Shown here in pieces: positions 51,401-64,000 of a DNA stretch of 64,000 nt (its first letter is position 1; each line of letters begins with the position of its first letter). The stretch is from Trichoplax sp. H2 (Eukaryota), in the NCBI GenBank assembly GCA_003344405.1, contig NOWV01000010.1:682001-746000 (forward strand). Direction: 5' to 3'. Position numbers and translations under genes: made by a program. Under the pieces are notes generated by a model. The model did not search any database. It worked only from the letters and a program-made list of their open reading frames with translations, and was not told the DNA's origin.

Positions 51401-54400
51401 TGTAATATTGCCATATAAGTCATAAGATTTATATGTGATCAGTTTGTTGGATCTATTAGTAATTATTCATAAAAAACTATGAAAGAGGCCAACTACACAT
51501 AAGACCTCTAAATTTTTGAAACTATCTTGGGCCAATAACTAGCTTACCGATGCACTGTCGGGTATACCAGGAGCATATACGCTACCAGAATCGTGAAATA
51601 CATATGAATCTCGGTATGAAACGGATGCATTAACTTCTTGCCGATTGTTCAAGGTGTGATTTGTAATTAACGATAGGTAAGCTCTATTTCCATCTCTTCT
51701 CATCACAATAGTATACCATTGGTTGAGATTGATCATCGTTGGATGGTTTAATGTTGTGACCCCAACACCTAAATTAATTTTACCTACAACTCTCGAATTG
51801 ATTACTTCAATAGACAGAAATTGATCCTTTAATAGAAAAAAAGGGTGAGAAAGTGAATATGGGGTAGGATGTAGTCCCGTCAAAATGAATTATACCTAAA
51901 TACCACTGATGGAAAATTATGAACAATATACATTATTCTAAATGTTATTTTAAGATGAACACCTTTACTATCAGGAGCAAAATTATTTATAAAGAATGAA
52001 ATTTTACATTTCTTTAAGTATAAATTTACTTACGTTGGCATAACCAGGTACATAAACAATGGCAGCATTAGCTCGATTAACTTGTATGGTAGCCTGAAGT
52101 GAATTAGATGTTGTGAAAGCTGATGAAGTTTCATATTGACGATGACAATTTCCACTGGCTGATTGAAGCGATAAACGGAGCTGAAGCATAAATTAATAGA
52201 AAATATGAACTGATATATTTTCAATCTCAAGAATTCTATTAGATTGAAAGGGTCTTTAAGTAATGATGTAGGATAAATGTGATGAGATCTAGAAAATTTT
52301 TGATCCTTATCCTATTCCTAAGCAAAGATTTCGTAGACTAGATATCCTGTCCGAGACAACACATCTAATCTGGAACCGATCGTATAAATGCTACATATTT
52401 CTAACCATGTAATATTAACAAGCTATAGACAGAACATTATGTAACAGTCGTTTTCTCATTTCTATATAGTAAATTTAGATTGATAAATACATGCGTTCTA
52501 ATAGTTTAAATCCTGTCGATATAAATTCTTGGTCCAACTTACTCTAGCAGATTGTTTTTGGGCATATTGGAGTTGCCGTTTAATGCGAGACATGTTGGAA
52601 AATAGATGATTTTGAAAATCTTGCATATAATTTAAATTCTCTTGAACAGCATTTGATTCATTTGAAACATCTGTTAACACACTATCGGCCACAGAGACTA
52701 GGTAAAAATAAAGTAAAATATTAGTATAACATTGCAAGTAACACAGTCAGTTATTAGCAGTATTATACAAATATTAAAACAATATTTATATCTTTAATTC
52801 TGGTGACTACAGCAAAGCTTAATATCAATATCAGAGAAATATCTATTCTGTGTCCATAGCCTATTTCCTGATCTTATTTATAACAGAATCAAAATTGATA
52901 TTGTAAATAATAATATAGGTTACTAAGAGCATTACAAAGATATCAACCTCCATCTACAGACTAGTTCCAGACTTTATTCTTGATGTTACTCTACTCAAAT
53001 CGAAATACTTACTGTTACTAATCACATCACTTTCCGATAAAATGTCATTTTTAATGGCATCTGTATTACTTAAGTCTGCCTTTATCAACGGACTTAATTT
53101 GTTGAATTCTTGCTGCATTTGTGTAAGCAAATCATGTGACCTATTTTGCACAGTCCGTGCTTGCTCCAACCGAGATTGGATAGCTATATAAAATGATCAT
53201 ATAATATTTAAAGGTAATATCATGAAATCAGCTGGTCAATCGCAGCAAATAGTGAACTATAATGGCCTAAATTGAGATTATTGAATGTTGATATAATTTC
53301 GCACCACTCTTTTCCGTATACCTGAGTTTTCAATTTCAGCATCAATTACAAATTGGTTAAGCCTACTTCGGTCTTCTTCCATAGATATTGATAAAGCATT
53401 AAGCCTATCAAGATCGGATTGAAGCTGTGACAATTTATTTGGTATATCTATTCAGATCAAAACGGGTAGAATAATTCAATGTAGTCATTTTTCAGAGGCT
53501 TGCAGGATTTATAATAAATTAAGAACGACTATAGATCTAATTTCATGCTTTATCATAGGATCATGCATACACCGTCTGCTAATAGATTATCTTTTCTAAG
53601 GCTTTCTTACTTGTCATATTGATGACTGTCTCTAGCTTAGATGCATTCTGATAAATTCGTTGACTTTCATTGACTGCTATTCCAATCTCTCCGTTTAGCT
53701 GGTTCATCTATATAATAGATGGAAATCATACATGATTGGTGATAAAATATCTCGATAAGGAAACAAATTATAAGAATATCATTTAATTACATACATCAAC
53801 TTATTTTTAAGCTAAGACGATTATAATCTTACTTTAGTACTTAATTCAGTAACATTTTTATTAAGTTCTCTCGCTTCAGATACCAATAATGGGATTGTTA
53901 CACTGCCATTAACGAAGACACTGCGAGTAGTTTCAGCATCTTCGAATAGCCTAAGTATTAAAATTTTTGTATTCAGTAAGTTTTAACAGAGTATTATGTC
54001 ATAGTAAGTCAATTCAAAAATCACATATAGGCTATCGCCTGGCTGATATTGAACATCACTAAATTTTTATTTAATAATGGACTGAGATCATCTATATCTA
54101 ATGTTATTTTAATCAAACGATAATGTGGACCTGAAAGTATACTCATAACTCATATCTGAAAATCCTGAAATAAATCGAGGTAAAGTTTAAATGGTTAATT
54201 ATAAATAAGATTACTTATTGATACGACCAGAAATATTTCGAATTTCCATAGCATATTTTTGAGCATTGGTAAATAATCCTTCAGTTCGGGTCATATTTGC
54301 AGCAATCGAATTCCGAAATTGATTTATGACCATGAGATTAGTATCTAATCGATACATGTTGGATATAGCTGCCTGAAACGGTCGAAAATAATACGGAATA

Positions 54401-57400
54401 GCACTGAGGAGCATTATTCATAAACTATCAGAATTACATTCACTGAATAATATTAAAATTTGAGAAATCTACATCATTCGTCAATTAGTATCACTTTTAG
54501 CAATCGATAATATTTCAATCTTAACCTTATAAACATAGCTTGCATCCAAAAGTAGAGCTCGAGATCGAACTATTTCATTATTGGTATAATTTATAGTTTT
54601 TCTGATAATCATTGTTATTAAATTGAGTTGTTGAAATAATGCCTAAATCATAAAGTAGACAGGTATCAATATTCTGCATTGAATAGAGATTTACAGTTGG
54701 TACCGTTATTAATCCACAAGATAAATATAACACCATTGTTGATTGACTCCAATTAAGCGTATAAAGTATTGAATGAAATAAAAAGTGCACATTTAGAAAA
54801 TATATACCTTATTTGTGAAAATAAAAACCATTCATACATTAATAATGATTTGCTATACCTCTGCTCTTCTAACATCAATATCATTTTGGTTATTTATTGT
54901 GTTGACAGCTGCCACCAATGTAGTAACATTACGGGCTACATTAACACTTTCTACTACTTTAGATTGTATTTGATTGAAAAGAGGGTCTAAATCCGTTAAT
55001 TGCTTCTGTTGTTGATGATATGCTGATTCAACATTGTTAGCGTCTCTTAGTAGAGTCGTGGAATCGGCCAAGACCGTACTTGTTAAAACTTCTACTTCGC
55101 CTAGAGCATTTTGTATCAAGTAAAAGAGCCGACGAGCCTCTTGCAGCATATTCGTATCATTCCATTTGGTAGTGTTATACCATAATGCATGTTGCACAAT
55201 AGACTTCATTTCGTCGATTAATCCTGTTAACGGTATTACAATGGTTAATCAATCGATTTAAGTTCATATTACTTAAGGATTGAATCTAATACATTAGTAA
55301 AATATAACTCAGTCCTTTACGGACAAGTAAACTAAGTATGGCTAAAAAATAGTGTATGAATATATGTAGAGTAATAATGTATAACGATGTTAACCAACCA
55401 TTAACTCGAGCAGTGACAGCGACGGCGTAGGTATGTAGAACAGCAGATCGATTTGACACGTCACCGATAGAGGATTGTATACCAGTAGCAAATTCTTTTG
55501 CATCGCTTGCCTACATAATTGAGTTAAATTGAAGAAAGAGCATATCAAATTATTGCCATTAATGATCATGAAATGCATTTTTCGTATAGAAATAAGTAAT
55601 AATACCTTTCTCATTTCTTGAAGTGATAAAGGTTCGAGTGACCTTGCCAAGCTATCTAAATTGATAGTCTATAATTTAAGTATTTCCATAGATAATGAAA
55701 ATTATTAGTACAGGGATGACACTAAAGGTCAATGTAAAAATAAAAATTTTATTATTAGTGTTACCATATCTAAATTATTGCCATGAAGATTAAGTAAAGT
55801 ATTTAAATACGTAATAGTGTGCAAATAAGATTGCGTGCTCCCTCCAGTCTATACTCTACAAGTACATCTGATTTAAACACGACTGCACAATGTAGTAAAT
55901 ATATTTTTTATTCAAGTAACTGTATCCAATTAATAGTTATAATTTTGGGTATTCAGATATATAATGTGAGTTAACGCATAAGGATCACCTGATATAGCAG
56001 ATTTTAACCATCATTTTTATCATTAACATTAGTGTATCAGTATCGACATGGATAAATAAATTACCTGGCCGGTATTATTAATGCCCAAAATAGAGCTCGC
56101 ATTAGCAAGCATACTACGATATTGGGTAAGTTCAATCTACGGGTAATAGAATATTTAGTAAAATCATCAAGTCATTTTAATTTATATCAACAGATATCGT
56201 TTAAAAATTCTTTAAAGGGATACCTCCGATTGATTAATTCTTTGTTCCAATCTTCGCAATATATCATTCGGTGCATTTGCCACATCTTGAGCTAAATCTT
56301 GTAAACGAGTTTTGTTCAACTGTTGAATTAATGGCATGATGCACTGGTTTCCACAATCTTTCATAGTATAATGAAAATATTAGTAATAATACAGTATCAT
56401 TCCGAACAAGATGTCTCATACTGGCTTATTGTGCAGCAGTAAAATTACTAGATATTACGATAACATAGCATTAACAAGTTAATTTTTTCAATGGTGAGGT
56501 TATGTCATTCAATGAATAAGAAATTTCGTTAGAGTCAAATATAACTTGTGACTGGTTCTAATGGAACAAAAAATAACTTTATATTTGTACTTACTAACGC
56601 AGCTGCCTGATTGATTGTAGTGCATAGGGCGACATTGATCGCATTTATCGCCAATATTGCCATCTTTACAATAGCACCGACCTTGATTATCGCATAGTGC
56701 TCCTCCATCGACAGATCCATTAACGTTACAATTGCAAGCTATAACACAATTACAGGCAAGAATCAATCATGAGGCCGACCATCCATAACGAACTGTAACT
56801 CAGCTAACTTGCAACATGCGATTAAACTTATTCAGCCTGCTATAACTAGCCTAATTAATAATACACGATATATGGAATTACGTAGTGTATAATAATTTTT
56901 AATCATTCAAATAGTTTGAGAATCATATTCAATCCTTAAAATGAACATTTACGTTACTCTAATCTGCCTACAAGTGAATAGCCTATATCAACCATACTGC
57001 ACATTTACTTTATTGTGGTGAGCAAGAAGGGATAAAAAATAATAAAGAGATTCAGCAGGTGGACACTAGCTAGTCCGATATCAGGTGAGATGCTAGTAAT
57101 ATGAACATGCACATTATAGACGCTTTGTTTCTGGAAAGTAAAATATGCGTATATATGCAATAGTGCTCAAATAAGCAAAAGTACGATTTGCAAAATTTTA
57201 TCAATGTGGGAGAAAGAACAGTTTCAATAGGAAGAATTGATACCTTAGATAGTTTAGACGATTCAAATTTAAAAATCTTAAATGATAGGCTTATAAAAGA
57301 ATAATAACGCTGTTAACATGAAACAGCCACTACTTTACTAATACTTTAGTGAATCTTTTCTTTTTGTGTATCTATTTCCTTAAGATTGATACATACACGC

Positions 57401-60400
57401 CCTTAAATTACTCGTGCGTCAATACTTGTATTTTTGTCATTACCTTGGCAATCGTTGTTGGTAAAATAATGACTGGGAAGACAATTATCACAGCGAATAC
57501 CCGTATAATTAGCTCTACATTGGCATTGTCCACTAGTATCACAAGCAGAACTTATAGAACCATCCACATCGCAAAGGCAATCAATACATTGGCCAAAATA
57601 CATAAAAGTATTAGTCTAAATATGAGAAAAAGAACAAACATAATCAAAGGGATAGCCATTTTTAGTTATGAAATCATTTTAGTATCCTATATTGAATCTA
57701 TGATAATTATTATCCATCGCTACACATAAGTAATACTTTATTGCCGTAGCTATATACTAATTGATAGCTCTGAGAAATGAAATAAGATAAATTACGAGGT
57801 AAAATATCGAAAAATGATAGGATTAACTATTTCATGGATGTACTTAACCATGCTATGCTTTTATAATGTGCTCTGCAGATAGAAATCACGCACAATGCGC
57901 TGTCTGAGTAAACTTACAATGCAGCTATCACATTTATCGCCCGTATAATTTGGTTTGCAAGTACATCTGCCACTGCTATTACATTGGTGAGATAATGAAC
58001 CTGTTTGGCTGCAACTGCACTCTGCGAAGTAGATTAAATGAGAGAATTTAAAGCATCGAACAAGAAAATTTGTATTAGCAATATCTAAAAAATTTGTCGT
58101 TAACATGTATTTATATTTCGTTACAGTTATTTTGTTACTCGTATATCCATGCTGCAGATTTTTAAAACAAACTTACGGCGGCAATTCTTAGCTACAATTG
58201 CATCACCAAAGTAACCGTCAGCGCAAATTTGGCATTGATCACCAGCTGTATTCCGAATACATTTTAAACATTGGCCAGTCGTTCTATTGCAGTTACCAGC
58301 TTGTGTTAGATCGATATTCCCGTTGCACTCACATGGTTTACATATGTCACCAGCACTCCTTGGATTACCAAAATAGCCATCCGCACATCTGTATTTGTTA
58401 CGTATATTAAAAAATAGCCCCTTAGTTTACAGTAAGATGCAGCGATCAATGGTATCAGGATATAAGATTATGAATGGATTTACATACGTATGTTATCCAT
58501 TTATTACGCAATGGCCCAGACCCTTTAATCATAACATTATTTTTGGTAGATAATTAACTTACTGGAATTAACTGATAGCAATTCTATGTCTATTTTCATT
58601 TAGACTAGTATAGATTTGCGTGATTTTAAATGTTGTTTGTAATGAGTTTACAAAGCTAAGCTATGCTATCTGGTTATATTTAAAAGGAGAAATATACAAT
58701 TTTCTGACTGTAGCTTCCTGGCGATAAGTACTATAGTTCATCAGCACACTGAGCTCAGTGTGCAAGCATTTGATTAGAAACTTGTGTAAACAGTGATTGC
58801 TATCTCTGTTTAAAGATTTCGGATGTAACACTGATTTAATTTAATATCAAGGTCATTTCATTACGGTAAAAGGGTCTTACCTTTCACAGTATTTGCCTAG
58901 ATATTGTTGCGAGCAATTTAGACAAGTATATGAGCCCATCCCATCTGATTGACAGGTGGGGCTAAAGCTAAAAAAAATGAAAAGTATGTCATACAATGTC
59001 CATAAAATATTAATTTATGGTATCAGAACTTAAATTCAGTTGTAATTAATGTTATTATACAGTATTTTATAGCAGGTATCATACTGTATATATTATTACG
59101 CCTGATGTTTAGTAAATGTTCACACATATTTGTATTCATATTTATACTACAGAAAATAACTAGTTAACTAGATTAATAATCCAAAAGATCGGCGTACTTG
59201 TTTGCTGACACTAAGGGACAAGCACACGGAGTACAATCGTTTGCGTTGCCCTGCTTAGCATTTCCATAAAAGCCCACTTTACACTGATCGCAAAATCTTC
59301 CATCTGTATTATGTTGACAATTCTATAATATATCAAAATTTAATATGAATGTGACAGGTATGAAAGGTTGAGTTATGAAAGACAAGATAAACTCATGATA
59401 CACTAACTTTTATTCTCTATGGTAAGGGAATTATATATAAAGCATACCTGGCACACGCCTGTTTCAGAATCACAAACGCCGGAATGTCCATTACATTGGC
59501 ATAATATGCAAGTTCCATTGCTAGCTCTTTTGTAACCTGCACCACATTTTTCACAAGACGTACCGGCATAACCAATAGGGCAATTGCATACTTCAATAAT
59601 AGGTGCAGCAGCTCCTACGGTATTATTAGCTACTGCAACATCGATTCGGATATTACTGAGACTGTATGAGACGTGAGATCAATAAATCGTTAGTATTCTT
59701 AAGGAAACGTAAACAAGGAACTGATCTGAGATTTTACAGGAATACCAGTTTCAAACAATAATTACAGGGAAACTGAAATTACAGCTTACTCTGCTGTAGA
59801 CTGGTCTACTCCAAAACGAGCTCTTATTAATACAGATGATAATCTGGCCAAAATTCTCATAAATTCAGATCTTGTCACAAGTTTATTACTAGGACTAATT
59901 CTCCATCCATCTTCTCGCAATGTAACAGCTTGATTCACTGTTACATGATTTAGAGTATTCGGTAAACTTCTGTATATTATTGTGTTATCGTCACCACCCT
60001 AATCGTAAGACCATAATATTATTAAAATTACAGAATCAGTAAAAAGAAATCAATTTGTCGAAGTTATTTATTTCGACAAATTGATTCCATTTTATTGATT
60101 CTATGATCATATGTTAAAAAAGGACTTTTACAAATATTTTTCATACAGTAAAGATAAGATCTTGATCGGTCGACATGGTACTGGAAGTTTGGCTATCATA
60201 TTGAATATCAAATCGAAGAAATCCTCCATAAGACGTGATCTGATTCCGTTGGAATAAGATAAAATTTAGTTACAACAACTTTGTTGAAATTATAAAGTCA
60301 TAACACCTCGTCATTGCTTTCAGTAGATTATTTTAATGCAATGATTGCAGAAAGTGATACCTTATTTCTTAAGAAAACTTCTGGCACTTTCCAATAATAA

Positions 60401-63400
60401 ATTTGACGTTGTAATTGGCTACTCAGTTGATTGTGATTTATTCTGATTCTAGGTGGTCCTGTCGTGACATTCACGCCCGAAGTAGCAGGTAAGGCGTTAA
60501 GATTATCAATAACTATCCAATCCGCTGAGATTGGCCATGGTTGCTATTAAACGTGCATTGTGATCATTGTGTTAGTTTATTTACCATTAGATTATTAAAG
60601 TATAATTATAGCAAATAACTGAAAATAATTTCTTACAACAGTCCAGTTATAATTTGATGAAGTACAAGCAGAAGCAAAGCCAGAGCAGTAGCAAGGCGTA
60701 CAACCAGCAACGGAATTGGAATTAAAGTAATATGTTGTAGCTTTACATCGATTACATTGCAATCCTTCAACGTTGGCCTTAAAAAGAAAAATTAATTTTT
60801 ACAATTAAAATCCAGGATACAAGTTTAATATAACAGAATCAAATATCCCCCTAGAATTGATCAAATATAAGAACATGCGACATTAACTAACTTTGCATTG
60901 ACATTGGCCTGTGGTATCATGGCAATCACATGTCTGGCTACCAGTACCATTGGTTCGACATGATGATGTTGATACTCCAAACGGATTACATTGGCAACTT
61001 TTACAGCTTGGATATCCATACATGCCAAAAATACATTGATTACATCGTCGACCGGCGTAATTTCCTTTACAACTAAAGAGTAGGGGAATGATTATAATGA
61101 AATTAAGTGTCATCGCAAAAAAAACGTGTATCTCACAATCATTTGTTGATCAGAATTATATCCGAAGTGGAAGCGTGAAATTTGCTTTACCTGCATTGTC
61201 CGCTGCTATAATTACATTGTAGCGAATGAGAACCAAAAGGCGAACAATTGCATAACTAGAAATTATAACATGTCATAAAATGATTTAAACAATACAACAA
61301 AACTTTATTAAGACATTAATTGACCATTTACATCGATAATTGTAATTGTACATTAAATTAGTTATTCCAGTCTATTTATGTTACAAATTGATTTAGATAC
61401 GTGTTAACTAAGTAAGCTAATCTTTTGTTAGTGTTCTGGATAACATGTATCATGTCCTTAGACTTTCAAACTATTTTAATCATTTTGACTGCACTTGTTA
61501 TATCAAGTTGTTTATCCTTAATAACTTGAAAGCGATTATGCCAAGATTTAACAGGTTTTAATGTAGTACCACCATAACTACAATTATATGCTTTGCTCGG
61601 CTTGCCCTCCCAGTGTCTCTATTAGCGCAAGGATGCTACAATTATTTTTTAATTCTGTTCAACTTTAAAACTATTAAGTGTCAAAATTGGAGTAGATACA
61701 GTCCTTGTAGTTGTAGCCCTTACTCGAAAAATAAGTTTCACCGTAGGTTTGCATAAGCAACTATGTATATCAAACAGGTACTAACGCAAATAGATACGTA
61801 TAGTTAGCATTTCGCTCTTAATACAGCCGAGATTGTCAGCTTTAGGCTCGCACATTTACGTGCAGTTACTGATATGTAATCAATAGTTTTTAGCAGAAGT
61901 GTAAAATCAAATATTTAGGGCGTTTTCCATACTCCGAGAAAGATCTCGTATGAGTCAGCTAGTTACGGCCCATAATTTAAAAACTCATTTAAAATTTACG
62001 TAAACATCAAATGAAAGAATGGCATGTAAACCAGACTATCACTTTGGTATTGATTACCTGGCAACCTTCCAATGGATCGTAGCCGTAGGCTTGTGGAGCA
62101 CAAGTATCACAATACTTTCCTTCAACATGTGGTGGACAGTCACAGTTTCCAGTCGAAGCGTCGCATGCACCTCCGGTTTTTGAGCAATTACAAGGCGCAC
62201 AACCATCTTTTGTAAAGTTCCAGTAGCCTCTAGCGCATCTACATATAAAGCGGATTCAATTTAATATTGTATTACAATGATTGATGGATAACATGCCTAA
62301 AAGGAAAGCTTATACACAATACTGATCAATGTTAGTCATAATATCATAAATTAAAGAAAATATGTTACCTGCTGCAATCCCGTCCTCCGATGCCAGGCTT
62401 ACATGGACATTGACCAGAACTGGTATCGCAACTTGATAAAGGGCTAACCGAGCCCACTGGATGACAATCGCAACTTTTGCAACTTGAGTTACTTTCTAGT
62501 CCATAATAGCCAACCTATATAAAATTAAATCCTTTACTTAATAAGATATTACAGGAAACAGGTTATAGAGAAAAAAAATTGAGCCTATGGAAGATTCTAA
62601 TAACAGTTCTATGATGTGTTTACAAATAAGTATTGAACACCTATGGTGCTTCTTAATACGGTATAAAAATATAGATGCATTAAATGTATAGACAAGAACT
62701 ACAATATAGTTGTAATGATATTTATAAGTCTTTTTGCCTATAAAGTCCGATATCTATTACAAAATAAAAGTGTAGCTCAAATCGATCATTAAGCTAGGAA
62801 TAAAACTGACTACAGGGTGATTTTCATGATAATGAAACCAAAGCCTTTCATAGATACCTACATACATATTCGACGCCTACTGCATATTTTAATGACGGCG
62901 CCCCAGTTGCTACATCATTAAAGTACAGGAACGCCAGCTACAGGATAATTTTAAAGAATAATAATAACTGTAAACTTTATGCTTACGTACTCGACACTTA
63001 TCGCACGTTCGTCCAATAACAAATGGCTTACAAGGACATTCTCCGTTATTTTTGTCACATGCTTGGCTTCTGGATCCGAACTGATTACATCCACATGCTT
63101 ATGTAATATAAATTGCAATTTATTTAGACTATATGTGATTAACTGGTAATGATTGAAATCGTTACAGCAAATAGCCGAAACTCATCGTCAAATAAAATTG
63201 AAAATTTCAATTAAATTATAAAGCCATTTAAAATCATGAAAAATAAATGATAAAAAAGTCAATTTTGTAGAATGAGTTTCAAGGAGCTTCCATAACATGT
63301 GCTTACCTCTGCAGTTTTTTAAAGTGACTGCATCACCATAATAATCATCAGCACATACTTGACATTGATCTCCTGTTGTATTGCCTTGGCATTTTAAGCA

Positions 63401-63923
63401 AACACCAGTTGTTGTATTACAATTTCCTTGTAGCGAAAGGTTGATATTACCACTACAATTACAAGGTCGGCAAGTTTGATTAATTTCTTTAGGATTGCCA
63501 TAGTAGCCATCAGAACAACTCTGACAAGTTTGTCCAGTATAACCAGTTGAACAGTTAGTACAAAGTAAATTAACGCCATCAGCTAGTAATTGACATGTTG
63601 GACTAAAGTTATTGCTGGCCACAGATAAAGGACACGCACATTGTTTACAATCATTAGGCGTTCCATACGTAGCATTGCCATAATAACCTTATAAATGATC
63701 ATTTAATTAAAAAACACTTTGAATTAAGATAATAAGATTATTACCTTTAATCAAGTCGCTTACCTAACTGGCATTGTCCACAGTCACTACCTTGGGTGTT
63801 ATGTTGACAGTTATAACAGATACCAGTAATATCGTCGCAGGAATCAGTATGATTGTTACATTTGCATGGTATACATTTGCCATTTAATTGACCATTTTCG
63901 CGACGATATCCAGTTGTACATCT
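48428..63923 (-). CDS. Laminin alpha-1/2-like chain, 5'-partial (LE repeats, L4/IV domain, LE repeats, coiled coil, LG1-LG3)
   Basis: [47 protein letters not shown] follows the LAMA1/2 LEb pattern. L4 domain exons lie at about 59600-60660 ([17 protein letters not shown]), coiled-coil exons at about 52540-56360, and LG motifs (FDGDGY, FGIRT, FYLGGI, FEGCI) follow. Stop TAG at 48428-48430. The gene continues beyond the window. Confidence 0.93.
60032..60102. repeat. Imperfect 31-bp inverted repeat (hairpin) in a laminin intron
   Basis: AGAATCAGTAAAAAGAAATCAATTTGTCGAA, 9-nt loop, TTCGACAAATTGATTCCATTTTATTGATTCT; 3 mismatches, with the inner 15 bp perfect. Confidence 0.8.
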
Positions 63924-64000
63924 CTATTGAAGACAAGTAATATGATATAAAACGAAAGCGATAGTACAATTGTATCTAATTTTATATTATAATAATCATG

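Overview
Eukaryotic, AT-rich (visually about one third GC), gene-dense animal DNA with many short introns. It resembles a placozoan (Trichoplax-like) genome; this is an inference from composition and gene style and was not verified. Ten spliced genes were assembled by hand: TMEM177-like (+), KHDRBS/Sam68 (+), DEK (-), syntenin/SDCBP (-), NIPAL2/3-type transporter (+), SYCP2-like (+), an uncharacterised secreted Cys-rich protein (-), PPIE (+), CFAP95/C9orf135 (-) and the 3' part of a laminin alpha1/2-like gene (-). Three 20-N gaps are flanked by overlapping alternative haplotypes, so those apparent duplications are probably assembly artefacts. The most notable signals are: (1) degenerate palindromic TACAGTA/TACTGTA arrays concentrated at gene 5' ends; (2) a laminin alpha chain that stops after LG3; (3) minor-spliceosome or AT-AC intron candidates in SYCP2 and PPIE; (4) a TMEM177-like protein with a complete M48 zinc-protease signature; (5) a 75-bp TIR element with a 7-bp target-site duplication. 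CDS coordinates are start-to-stop spans including introns. Homology calls are from memory of the families, not from database searches.
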